Below are positions 1 through 8,932 of a stretch of DNA of 64,000 nt, piece after piece. The stretch spans positions 2,434 through 66,433 of the forward strand of contig CAVPQS010000046.1 of NCBI GenBank assembly GCA_963707485.1. The letters are read 5' to 3'. The stretch comes from an uncultured bacterium. Its GTDB lineage: Bacteria; Zixibacteria; MSB-5A5; CAIYYT01. The position numbers and the translations under genes are program-made. The number at the start of each line of letters is the position of its first letter. Position 1 is the stretch's first letter. Under the pieces are notes generated by a model. The model made no database searches. It was not told where the DNA came from and saw nothing but the letters and a program-made list of their open reading frames with translations.

Positions 1-591
1 GCGAGTACGAATCACCATGGTCAGGGGCTGCGACCACAAATTCGTCGCGCGCAAGTTTAAGCGCATCGTCGACTGGGAGAAATCGGCATCACCGTTGGTG
101 CGGTCGTGCTGGGTCATCCACTGCAAGGCAGCGGAACCGTATATGCGCGAGGCATTCGCCGAGTTGCGATTGGGTTGCTTACGCGAAGCCGTTGCCGGAA
201 CCGCAGTCGAATCGGAAGTCAATGTGTCGGCAGCAACAACGGCACTCGCCCGCTCGACTCTACTGATTACGCTGACGAATTGACCGGCTTTCAACTCCGT
301 GTCGCCGCCAACAATTTTACACGATGCTGAATGATCTGAGGCATAGGCGACTTCGAGGATAACGGAGAAGCCGTCGCCGCTTTGGATTCCGAGGCGATCG
401 CCGGGCAAAAGTCCGTCGGCCTTACCGCCTTCGAGATAAATTCGATCAACGGAGCGATATTTGATACGGTATTGCGTGGGCAGAGTTGAATCCTGTGCAC
501 GGGACGGAACCGACATGACGCCTATAAGGGCCAGTGCGAAGTAAATGGTAGATTTTGAACACAGATTCCGCAGAGTGAAAGTAATCGACAC
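1..591 (-). CDS. Secreted hypothetical protein, 3'-truncated at the window edge. It lies immediately downstream of the giant cytochrome and may be an outer-membrane beta-barrel or porin-like protein.
   Basis: I hand-translated the minus strand from ATG at 516 to position 1 and found no stop in 172 codons, so the gene continues past the window. Extending upstream in the same frame to GTG 589-591 gives a signal-peptide-like N-terminus (RNLCSKSTIYFALALIGVMSVPSRAQ). That codon sits directly after the cytochrome's TAG stop at 595-597. The distal part has alternating hydrophobic patterns (LNLRATNLW, LTMVIRTR) typical of beta-strands. The ORF is absent from the supplied track because no stop codon lies within the window. 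Confidence 0.4.
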   Translation of the reverse strand, partial: MSITFTLRNLCSKSTIYFALALIGVMSVPSRAQDSTLPTQYRIKYRSVDRIYLEGGKADGLLPGDRLGIQSGDGFSVILEVAYASDHSASCKIVGGDTELKAGQFVSVISRVERASAVVAADTLTSDSTAVPATASRKQPNRNSANASRIYGSAALQWMTQHDRTNGDADFSQSTMRLNLRATNLWSQPLTMVIRTR

Positions 592-594
592 TAG

Positions 595-3500
595 CTATTC
601 GCTTCCATCTGGATGACAGTTGAGGCATGCGGTACTCTGCCAAGTGTAGCCGGACACTTCTCGATGATCATTGTTCATATCCGTTTGATTGTGCTCATGA
701 CAGAAAATGCACTCGAAAACTGCATAATTCGACGAATTGACGTGGCAATCGGCGCAGGTATCCCACTTTTCCCGATGTTTGCCGGAATAGATCGGGAAGT
801 ACTGAGAGTCATGGTTCCAATTTGCCGGCGACCAAGCGCTGGTTGTGTGGCAGCTTTGGCACTCGGTTGGGAAATTGGCAGCCTGGTGATCGGGGTCGGT
901 GGCGCCGTCGTAAGCGGACTGGTGGCACGAGTAGCACAACATCGGCGTATTGACGTAGCCACCGGAATGACAATCGAGGCAGAGTAAGCCGACATGCGCC
1001 CCGGTCAACGGGAAGTTCGTGGCGCTGTGATTGAAAGTCGCCGGCGACCAAGCGGAGGTCGAGTGGCAATCATTACACAGATGGGAGAAGGCATTTGTGA
1101 CGTGATTCGGGTCAGTTACGCCGGTGAAGTCGCCCTGATGGCAACTGTAGCAAGCCGTCGGCGTGTTGGTGTAGCCGGTGGAATGGCAGGCAAGGCACTG
1201 GAGACTGGCATGGGCGCCGGTAAGCGGGAAACTTGTCGTGGTGTGATTAAATGTTGCCGGCGACCAGGCCGAAGTCGTGTGGCACGTCACGCAGTTATGG
1301 TCGAAATTATTCGCCGCATGGTTGGGGTCAGTCGCTGACGCGAAATCACCGGAGTGGCATGAGAAACAGGCGGTCGACGTATTGGTGTAACCTGTCGCAT
1401 GACAAGTCAGGCACTGGAGCCCGGCATGTCCGCCGGTCAGCGGGAATTGCGTCTGATTGTGATCGAAGGTCGCCGGTTCCCACGCAGTTGTGCCGTGGCA
1501 ATTGGTGCAAAGGTGGTCAAAGTTGTTGGTCACGTGATTCGGATCAGTGACCGACGTGAAGTCCGCGGAATGACAGCCGAAGCAGGTTTGATCGGTTCCG
1601 GCATAAGTCTGCAAATGACACGAAATGCATTGCAGCGAGGTGTGCGCGCCGACCAAGATGAAACCGGTCGAAGTGTGATTCCAGTTGGCGGGCGCCCAAG
1701 CGGAAGTCGCATGGCAACTCGCGCAGTCGTCAGAGAATGCGGCCTGGACGTGATTGGGATTAGTAGCTGATGTGACATCGGATTGATGGCACGAAATGCA
1801 TGTACTCGACGTGTTCGTGTAGCCGCCAACATGGCAAGTCACGCAAGCAACACTGCTGTGAGCGCCGGTAAGCGGGAAGTCGGTATTGCTGTGGTTGAAT
1901 GAACTCGGAGCCCAAGCTGACGTCGAGTGGCAAGTGGTGCAATCGTGATCGAAATTATTCTGCACGTGATTGGGCTCAGTTGCCGAAGCGAAATCGCCCT
2001 GATGGCAATCGAAGCATAGGCTCGGCGTATTGGTGTACCCGGTCGCATGGCAGGAAATACAAGCGAGAGAGGTGTGGGCGCCGGTCAAGTTGAAGCCGGT
2101 CTGGCTGTGGTCAAAATCGGCCGGTTCCCAAGCTGACGTCGAGTGGCAAGTGGTGCAATCGTGATCGAAATTATTCTGCACATGATTGGGCTCAGTTGCC
2201 GAAGTGAAATCGCCCTGATGGCAATCGAAGCATAGGCTCGGCGTATTGGTGTACCCGGTCGCATGGCAGGAAATACAAGCGAGAGAGGTGTGGGCGCCGG
2301 TCAAGTTGAAGCCGGTCTGGCTGTGGTCAAAATCGGCCGGTTCCCAAGCTGACGTCGAGTGGCAAGTGGTGCAATCGTGATCGAAATTATTCTGCACGTG
2401 ATTGGGCTCAGTTGCCGAAGTGAAGTCGCCCTGATGGCAATCGAAGCATAGGCTCGGCGTATTCGTGTATCCGCTGGCGTGACAGGAGATACAAGCGAGC
2501 GAAGTGTGGGCGCCGGTTAAGTTGAAGCCGGTCTGGCTGTGGTCAAAATCGGCCGGTTCCCAAGCTGACGTCGAGTGGCAAGTGGTGCAATCGTGATCGA
2601 AATTATTCTGCACATGATTCGGCTCGGTGGCCGAGGTGAAGTCGCCCTGATGGCAATCGAAGCATAGGCTCGGCGTATTCGTGTATCCGGTCGCATGACA
2701 GGAGATGCATGTCGTTGAAGTGTGTGCCCCTGTCAGGACGAATCCCGTAGTGCTGTGATCAAAGCTGCTGGGCGACCAGGCGGCAGTTGAGTGACAAGTG
2801 GTGCAATCGTGATCGAAATTATTCTGCACGTGATTGGGCTCAGTTGCCGAAGCGAAATCGCCCTGATGGCAATCGAAACATAACGTTGGCGTATTGGTGT
2901 ACCCGGTCGCATGACAGGAAATACATGTCGCTGTCGTATGGGCACCGGTCAATACAAAGCCGGTGGTGTTGTGATCAAAGCTGCTGGGCGACCAGGCGGA
3001 TGTCGAGTGACAGGAAGTGCAATCGTGATCAAAGTTGTTGGCAACGTGATTGGGATCGGTTGTCGAAGTGAAGTCACCGGTGTGGCAACTATAACATTGC
3101 GTGGAAGTCCCGGTGTAACCACTACTGTGACAGGAAAGACAGGCAAGCGCCTGATGCGCGCCGGTCAAGGCAAATTGCGTTTGATTGTGATCGAAGGTCG
3201 TCGGCGACCAGGAGAAATTAGTATGGCAGGTGAGGCAATTGTGATCGAAGTTGCTCGCCTCGTGGTCGGGGTCGTCTGCCTGTGCAAAGTCTCCGGAATG
3301 ACAGGAGAAACATAGCGGCGAGGTATCGGCATATCCGGCGCTATGGCAAGACTGGCATTGCAGGCCAACATGGGCGCCCTCGAGAGGGAAGCCGGTCAGT
3401 GTATGGTCGTATCCCTGCGGATCGACCGGAACCCAGGCAGTCGTATTGTGGCAACCGGCGCATTGATGGCTTAGACCGTTGGTGACGTGGTTAGGGTCGG

Positions 3501-4875
3501 AGGCAGCGGCAAAGACAACCTGGTGGCAAGCATAACAGTCATTGACAGTATTGGCATAGCCGGCGCTGTGGCACGATTGACAATCGACGTCGATGTGTGC
3601 GCCGTTGATTGCGAATCCAGTCTGGTCGTGGTCGAATTCAGCCGGCTGCCAGGCGGTCGTGGTGTGGCAAGTAATGCAATCATGGCTGAAGTCAGCCGAG
3701 ACATGGTCGGGATTGTTCGTAGCGGTGAAGCTTGCGCTGTGGCAAGAGAAACAATCCGTGGGCGTGCTGACGTAGCCGGTGCTGTGGCAGCTTTGGCATT
3801 CAAGCGGTCGATGGGCGCCGGTGAGCGCGAAATTCGTAGCATCGTGATTAAAGCTTGCCGGCTCCCAGGCATTTAGATTGTGGCAGGTGCGGCAATCGTG
3901 ATCAAAATTTCCGGCTGTGTGGTCCGGTTCTTTGGCTTGCGCAAAGGCGGTATTATGGCAGCTAAAGCAATCGGTCGCCGTTCCGGAGTAAGTGTCACTG
4001 TGGCAATCCTGGCACTGGACGGTAGCATGCGCACCTTCAAGAGCAAAAGATGTCAGGGAGTGGTCAAATGCCGCCGGAGTCCAGGCAGTCATTTTGTGGC
4101 ACTGGCTGCAATCCTGTGAGAAGTTGGCTGCTTCGTGATCCGGGTCTGGTGCGCTGAGATAATCTGTATTGTGGCAAGAGTAGCAATCCGTTGGCGTGCC
4201 GACGAACTGGGTAGCGTGGCACGAGGCGCAATCGAGGCCGATATGCGCGCCTTCGAGAATCGGTGTGGGCGGATGGTCAAATTTCGCACCGGACCAATCT
4301 AAGGCAGTTGAGCGATGACACTGAACGCAGTCGGCGCTGAATCCGGCGAGGACGTGGTTGGGATCTTCGGTCGAGGCGAAGTCACTTTCGTGGCAAGATT
4401 GACACTCGGGCGAAGTCCCTGCGTACTGGTCGCTTAACTGGCCCTGATGGCAGGATTGGCAATCGGCAATCGCGTGGGCTCCCATGAGGGCAAATCCGCG
4501 AGTGGCATGAATTTCGAAAGTTTCCTGCTCGTTTTGCCAGCCGCGAGTTGTGTGGCAATTTTGACAAAGGGAGCCAAGTTGTCCGCTGTGGGGATCGGCG
4601 TGACAGTTAGCGCAATCTTCGGCGACGTTTGCGAATGCCAGATCGTTATGGCAAGCCATGCACTTGACTTGCTTATGCTTACCGGAGAGTGGAAAGCCGG
4701 TTTGCTCGTGAGGGAACGGTTTGTCCGTTCTCATCTGGGTCCAGCCGCCGGTAGAATGGCAGGTCGCGCAATCAAACTTGATGTCACCGTGCGGGTTATC
4801 ACCCTGGGCGAGAGTTGTGATTGTGAGTCCGGTAGTGAAAGCAATTGTCAGACATACTCTTAACAGAGCAATCAT
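595..4875 (-). CDS. Giant secreted multiheme c-type cytochrome, 1426 aa, about 58 CXXCH motifs, built from about 19 repeats of a 72-aa triheme unit.
   Basis: The supplied translation has an N-terminal signal peptide (MIALLRVCLTIAFTTGLTITTLAQG). I counted about 58 CXXCH heme-binding motifs by hand. A recurring ~72-aa unit has the pattern FDH-x-TGF-x-LTGAH-x4-C-x-SCH-x-GY-x-T-x3-CF-x-CH-x-DF-x5-PNHV-x3-F-x-DC-x2-CH-x3-AW-x-P. Confidence 0.9.
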   Translation of the reverse strand: MIALLRVCLTIAFTTGLTITTLAQGDNPHGDIKFDCATCHSTGGWTQMRTDKPFPHEQTGFPLSGKHKQVKCMACHNDLAFANVAEDCANCHADPHSGQLGSLCQNCHTTRGWQNEQETFEIHATRGFALMGAHAIADCQSCHQGQLSDQYAGTSPECQSCHESDFASTEDPNHVLAGFSADCVQCHRSTALDWSGAKFDHPPTPILEGAHIGLDCASCHATQFVGTPTDCYSCHNTDYLSAPDPDHEAANFSQDCSQCHKMTAWTPAAFDHSLTSFALEGAHATVQCQDCHSDTYSGTATDCFSCHNTAFAQAKEPDHTAGNFDHDCRTCHNLNAWEPASFNHDATNFALTGAHRPLECQSCHSTGYVSTPTDCFSCHSASFTATNNPDHVSADFSHDCITCHTTTAWQPAEFDHDQTGFAINGAHIDVDCQSCHSAGYANTVNDCYACHQVVFAAASDPNHVTNGLSHQCAGCHNTTAWVPVDPQGYDHTLTGFPLEGAHVGLQCQSCHSAGYADTSPLCFSCHSGDFAQADDPDHEASNFDHNCLTCHTNFSWSPTTFDHNQTQFALTGAHQALACLSCHSSGYTGTSTQCYSCHTGDFTSTTDPNHVANNFDHDCTSCHSTSAWSPSSFDHNTTGFVLTGAHTTATCISCHATGYTNTPTLCFDCHQGDFASATEPNHVQNNFDHDCTTCHSTAAWSPSSFDHSTTGFVLTGAHTSTTCISCHATGYTNTPSLCFDCHQGDFTSATEPNHVQNNFDHDCTTCHSTSAWEPADFDHSQTGFNLTGAHTSLACISCHASGYTNTPSLCFDCHQGDFTSATEPNHVQNNFDHDCTTCHSTSAWEPADFDHSQTGFNLTGAHTSLACISCHATGYTNTPSLCFDCHQGDFTSATEPNHVQNNFDHDCTTCHSTSAWEPADFDHSQTGFNLTGAHTSLACISCHATGYTNTPSLCFDCHQGDFASATEPNHVQNNFDHDCTTCHSTSAWAPSSFNHSNTDFPLTGAHSSVACVTCHVGGYTNTSSTCISCHQSDVTSATNPNHVQAAFSDDCASCHATSAWAPANWNHTSTGFILVGAHTSLQCISCHLQTYAGTDQTCFGCHSADFTSVTDPNHVTNNFDHLCTNCHGTTAWEPATFDHNQTQFPLTGGHAGLQCLTCHATGYTNTSTACFSCHSGDFASATDPNHAANNFDHNCVTCHTTSAWSPATFNHTTTSFPLTGAHASLQCLACHSTGYTNTPTACYSCHQGDFTGVTDPNHVTNAFSHLCNDCHSTSAWSPATFNHSATNFPLTGAHVGLLCLDCHSGGYVNTPMLCYSCHQSAYDGATDPDHQAANFPTECQSCHTTSAWSPANWNHDSQYFPIYSGKHREKWDTCADCHVNSSNYAVFECIFCHEHNQTDMNNDHREVSGYTWQSTACLNCHPDGSE
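1890..2990. repeat. Near-identical 216-bp tandem repeats, about 5 copies, inside the giant cytochrome gene. Each copy encodes one 72-aa triheme unit.
   Basis: Copies start near 1912, 2128, 2344, 2560 and 2776 at 216-bp spacing. They differ by only a few substitutions. More degenerate copies flank the array across most of 700..4400. Confidence 0.8.
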
Positions 4876-4889
4876 GTCACAGTCCAGTA

Positions 4890-6596
4890 TTAGAGATCAC
4901 CGGTCTTACTATCATGGCAACTATTGCAGTCCGTCTTTAATGGTTTGTATCGGACTAAAACGGTTGATTCTTCAATGACATTTTTGTGACATTCGCCACA
5001 GGGTACACGAGCGTGCGCGCCTTCAAGACGATAACGCGAATCACGGTCATGGTTAAATTTTGATGCCTTCCAATTATCGGTGGTATGGCAACGCTCACAA
5101 ACGGTCGCCCCAGCCACGACAAACTGACCTCGGTGAATATCAATATGACAATCGTTGCAGTTACTTGGCAGTAGCGCGAAAGTCAGCATTGATACATTCG
5201 TTCTATCATTTTTGTTCCCGTGACAGTCCAAACATTTTGCCGTGACATGTTTTCCAATAAGTGGAAATTTTGTGGAATCGTGGGCAAAGGTGGACTCGCT
5301 CCAACTCTGGACCGAGTGACAACTTTCGCAGCCGCCGGCCTGTACCCACTTGTCTGCCTTACCGCTGTGTGGATCCTTGTGGCAGGTCTTGCAGGCTGAT
5401 TGTTCAAACGTGAAGCGGTATTCGCGCGGGGATTTTCCCGGCGGCGAGCTTATGTGACAAGCATCACATGGGACGGCCAAATGCGCGCCCTTGAGCGGAT
5501 AAGAAGAACTGTCGTGCTGTTCCACTGTGAATATTCCGGGACGGAATCCATCTACGTTATGGCAGCGCTCGCATTTCGGTCCGCCGGGGCTCTTGGCAAA
5601 TGCGCCTTGATGGAAATCCTTGTGGCAGTCGCTGCAGAGACTAAACGCGAGTGTCTTACGCGGTTCTTCCTGCTTGTGGCATTTTGCGCAGACGAGCGGT
5701 TTATGCATACCGAGCAGCGGAAAGCGCGTTCGGCTGTGATCGAAACTGTTGTTGTCGACCGACCGCCAACCGTTGACGTTGTGGCAACTGGCACAGTTCG
5801 GTCCCAATCTGCCGACATGAGGGTCTTTATGGCAGGAGCTGCATTCGGAGAATTGAAGTCCAGTGAACTTCCGGTAGGAAGTGTCGGCGACGTTAGCGGG
5901 GTCGCTCACAGTCGGGTGGCACTTGGCGCACGCCACCTGCACGTGGAGCCCGGCAAGCGCGTATTTGGCTTTTTGATGGTCAAACGCTGCGGCCGGTTTC
6001 CAGGATGCGTTAGAGTGGCACGACTCGCAGGTTGAGGCGACCTGACCGCGGTGCTCATCGAAATGGCAGCTTTTGCAGGCGGTCGACAGGCCCTGGTAGG
6101 TGCGCGCCGGGTCCTTTTGTGCGTCGCCTTCGCGAAATTCGGGTGGGAGATTTTTTGCTGTATGACACTGGCGGCATTGCAGCGGTTTATGTGCGCCGGT
6201 GAGTTCGTATCCGGTTAGATTATGATCAAAGGCGGAGTCGCCGTCTTTCCAGTAGACGAGATCGAAATCACGCCCGTGATGTTCGACGTGGCATTCCTCG
6301 CAGGCGTTGTATTTGTTGCGTCCATGCAGACCCGTACTTGATTCAAGTTGTTTCTTAACTATGGTGTGGCAGTTCAGGCAATTCGGGGCGATATGCGTTT
6401 CGTCAGCGCCATGGCAGGACTTGCAATTGTCAAGACCTTCCAGATGTGCGTGGGCTTTGGAAAGATCGCCGGGCGAGAGTTGTGCAATTGCCGGGTTAAT
6501 ACCGGCGATCAAGAGCAACACGAAGGAGAAAAGGAATGCGCGAATATGAAACCGCCGATTCGCAATGCGGGCGAAATGCAAGGGGTGTCTGGACAT
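4890..6596 (-). CDS. Multiheme c-type cytochrome, 568 aa, about 20 CXXCH, secreted or membrane-anchored.
   Basis: There is a hydrophobic N-terminal signal or anchor (FLFSFVLLLIAGINPAIAQ). I counted about 20 CXXCH motifs, including CKSCH, CLNCH, CEECH and CRQCH. The stop lies 14 nt upstream of the 58-heme cytochrome start on the same strand. Confidence 0.9.
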   Translation of the reverse strand: MSRHPLHFARIANRRFHIRAFLFSFVLLLIAGINPAIAQLSPGDLSKAHAHLEGLDNCKSCHGADETHIAPNCLNCHTIVKKQLESSTGLHGRNKYNACEECHVEHHGRDFDLVYWKDGDSAFDHNLTGYELTGAHKPLQCRQCHTAKNLPPEFREGDAQKDPARTYQGLSTACKSCHFDEHRGQVASTCESCHSNASWKPAAAFDHQKAKYALAGLHVQVACAKCHPTVSDPANVADTSYRKFTGLQFSECSSCHKDPHVGRLGPNCASCHNVNGWRSVDNNSFDHSRTRFPLLGMHKPLVCAKCHKQEEPRKTLAFSLCSDCHKDFHQGAFAKSPGGPKCERCHNVDGFRPGIFTVEQHDSSSYPLKGAHLAVPCDACHISSPPGKSPREYRFTFEQSACKTCHKDPHSGKADKWVQAGGCESCHSVQSWSESTFAHDSTKFPLIGKHVTAKCLDCHGNKNDRTNVSMLTFALLPSNCNDCHIDIHRGQFVVAGATVCERCHTTDNWKASKFNHDRDSRYRLEGAHARVPCGECHKNVIEESTVLVRYKPLKTDCNSCHDSKTGDL

Positions 6597-7457
6597 TTAG
6601 GAAAGTCCCGAAAATCCAGTCCAAACCGCAACACCTATATGAATGCCCATGATCAAATACATGATAATTGCAAAGGGCTTGTGGATGACGTGCCAGTAGT
6701 GGAAGACCTCGCGCGTACGGTCGAGCATTTCGATTCGGCGGGCAAGCGCGGAGCGTTCAAGTGCAAGTTTGACAATTAGTTTGGCGCTCTTGTCGGAGAC
6801 TTTTACAGTCTTCTTCAATTCGCGCGTCAGTTTGCTAGTTGCGAACGGGCGAGTTAAATCGGAAATGAACATTCGGATTAAGAGGGTGAGAAACGAACTT
6901 TCGGCCCCCGTGCCGCGTTTTGCGAGTGTATCAATATGAGCAAGCTGTTCCGGCTGGAGATCGAACTGTTCTTGAAGCGTTAAGGTTGACTGAAGCATCT
7001 GCTTGTCGATTTCCGAAAGCGACAATTCATCGCCCTCCTGATTGCGAGGAATCTGGATGTACAGGTATCGCCCAAGGTAACCGCTAATGGCGACCGCAAC
7101 CATTGACCAGAAGGCGACGGCAATCAGGCCCTGCACCTTAAATGATGAATGCAAAATGATGAAGAGCGGTCCGCAGACGCCAAGATAAATGTGCAATTTC
7201 AACCAGTTTCGGAGGGTGATTTTTTTGCCCAGCAGTTTGGTACGCTTACGAAGAGAGTAGGTCAGCATGAGGATCATCATGGCGGCGCCGATGTAGCCAT
7301 AGGCGATACCACGGCTGCCGGCCGGTCGCAGTTGGCGGTAATCCTCATGATGCGGGCGTTCGGTATATGGAGTATTGTAGTAGTTAAATCCCGCAATAAG
7401 GCAATAGACGATTGCAATTAGAGTTACGACATACAGAATGACCAGCGGACGTTTCAT
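6597..7457 (-). CDS. Polytopic membrane protein, 286 aa, with His residues in transmembrane helices. It is the first gene of the cytochrome operon and may bind heme b or quinone.
   Basis: It has four N-terminal hydrophobic helices and one C-terminal helix (FHYWHVIHKPFAIIMYLIMGIHIGVAV). The third helix also carries two His residues (LHIYLGVCGPLFIILH). Its stop directly abuts the ATG of the 20-heme cytochrome, suggesting translational coupling. I do not recognise a family. Confidence 0.55.
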   Translation of the reverse strand: MKRPLVILYVVTLIAIVYCLIAGFNYYNTPYTERPHHEDYRQLRPAGSRGIAYGYIGAAMMILMLTYSLRKRTKLLGKKITLRNWLKLHIYLGVCGPLFIILHSSFKVQGLIAVAFWSMVAVAISGYLGRYLYIQIPRNQEGDELSLSEIDKQMLQSTLTLQEQFDLQPEQLAHIDTLAKRGTGAESSFLTLLIRMFISDLTRPFATSKLTRELKKTVKVSDKSAKLIVKLALERSALARRIEMLDRTREVFHYWHVIHKPFAIIMYLIMGIHIGVAVWTGFSGLS

Positions 7458-7579
7458 GAGTTCCCATAATAAAATAATTCGATTAGAATTTTAAACGCGA
7501 TTCGTTCTACAAGTATATCGACTTAAAGGTTCATTAAACTGAGCGGTGGCAGGGAGTAAACTAAAGCGGACAAGATCTC

Positions 7580-8194
7580 TTACTTTTTGACGTATTTCCA
7601 GTTTCGCGATTTCCCCTCATGCATCCAGGCTATGGCCTGCTCCAGTCGTCGTTCGCGTGTTTCTTCAGATTTGGCCTCGACGATCCATTCGATGTATTCG
7701 CGCTTGTGGCTTGCGCTGAAGCCGTTGAAAACGGCAAATGCCCTCTTATCTTTGCGCAGAGCAGTCATAAAGAAAGCGGGGATTTCTAATTCTTTCGTGG
7801 TTCTCGGTTTTGAACGAGCGGGATTTTTGACTCCATCGTCGTTTAGTTTTGCCGCCTTTTTAATCAGCATCAGGATTGTCCTGTCGGCGGGCAGGTCATC
7901 GAGTGACGTTATTCTGCCGAAATGCCCCATCGCTGCCTCATTCTTTGCTTTGGCGGCCGCATCAGATCCAAAAACCAATGCGCCATTCCAGAAGCCGAAT
8001 GCGCAGTGCTGCTTGAACGATGCCATGCTGCAGAGCATTCCTTTGTAGTCGAAATGCGGGAAGCTCCACTTCATAGTTTCTTCACAATCCGGGCAGGCGG
8101 TATGGACGAGTTTGCGCAGGCGGTTGAGAATAGGTTTTGCGAAGTCGGCGGAGTTCTTAATGTAGGCGTCTACGCGCGGATCTTTCTTTCCCAT
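7580..8194 (-). CDS. DUF1801/YdeI-YdhG family protein.
   Basis: The N-terminal DUF1801-like region contains the AKPILNRLRKLVHTACPDCEETMKWSFPHFDYKGMLC motif. The C-terminal region is YdeI/OmpD-associated-like (EYIEWIVEAKSEETRERRLEQAIAWM). Identification is by family resemblance from memory. Confidence 0.6.
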   Translation of the reverse strand: MGKKDPRVDAYIKNSADFAKPILNRLRKLVHTACPDCEETMKWSFPHFDYKGMLCSMASFKQHCAFGFWNGALVFGSDAAAKAKNEAAMGHFGRITSLDDLPADRTILMLIKKAAKLNDDGVKNPARSKPRTTKELEIPAFFMTALRKDKRAFAVFNGFSASHKREYIEWIVEAKSEETRERRLEQAIAWMHEGKSRNWKYVKK

Positions 8195-8235
8195 TGAATG
8201 ATCTCTCTCAATCTCCGAATCGTGAACGGCAATCG

Positions 8236-8832
8236 TTAGTTCGTGCGCATCCAGCTAATCCGATACCCCTCGGTGATACCAAGCTTGTCGACATAACCGG
8301 CGTTGAGTTCAAGCACGTATTGTGCCGGCGAAGTTGACGGATAGCTTGTCTCGGCAAAAGGCGTCGTATTTTTGTGAATAGTCACGATTTCGTCTTTAGA
8401 GTTGATGAATAGCATATCGAGCGGGAGGATTGTGTTCTTCATCCAGAAGGCTTGCATGTCATCGTAAGGAAAGATGAAAAACATTCCCTGATTCTCGCCC
8501 ATCGTATTTCGAAACATCAGGCCGATACGACGTTCGTCAGTATTTTCCGCCAGTTCGATGTCTATTGTCGACACATAGATACCGTCGGGCGTGTAGAAGC
8601 TGAGCATGCCCTCTTTCAGGAATTCGGTGCGCATCGGCGCAGCCAAGCCGGTGGAGGCATTGTCGGTTGAGTTCGCGGCGGTGTTTCTCTTAGCGTCACG
8701 AGTCAAAAAGACTACTGCAGCAATCGCGGCAAGAGCGATTACGGCGAAAATCGAATACCGAGTGATGTTCGCATTTGAGGGCTTGGACGGCGAAGGTTTT
8801 GATTTGTTGCCCGAACGCATAGATTTTGCCAC
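8236..8832 (-). CDS. DUF192 (COG1430) family protein with an N-terminal membrane anchor.
   Basis: An N-terminal TM segment (IFAVIALAAIAAVVFL) is followed by a DUF192-like core (IELAENTDERRIGLMFR ... PLDMLFIN). Confidence 0.55.
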   Translation of the reverse strand: MAKSMRSGNKSKPSPSKPSNANITRYSIFAVIALAAIAAVVFLTRDAKRNTAANSTDNASTGLAAPMRTEFLKEGMLSFYTPDGIYVSTIDIELAENTDERRIGLMFRNTMGENQGMFFIFPYDDMQAFWMKNTILPLDMLFINSKDEIVTIHKNTTPFAETSYPSTSPAQYVLELNAGYVDKLGITEGYRISWMRTN

Positions 8833-8932
8833 AATTACGTCCCGAAGAGAATTTTACCGACACTCGAGCGATGACACATATATCAATGTAAACGCGGCGA
8901 ACAATAAGTCAAGAGTTGGCGCACTGACTCTT

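Noticed and set aside
1890-2990. The regularly spaced near-identical repeats, considered as a possible CRISPR array or minisatellite.
   Set aside because: The period is 216 bp with no unique spacers and is exactly divisible by 3. The repeats maintain the CXXCH-containing reading frame, so they are in-frame coding modules and not CRISPR.
613-4863. Numerous 60-140 aa ORFs on the plus strand inside the cytochrome genes (for example 613..987, 994..1338, 2911..3315, 3487..3876, 4447..4863).
   Set aside because: They are antisense to a strongly supported 1426-aa coding frame. Their translations are Arg/Gly/Val-rich low-complexity sequences, typical of the reverse strand of GC-rich repetitive coding DNA. 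I see no motifs or signals.
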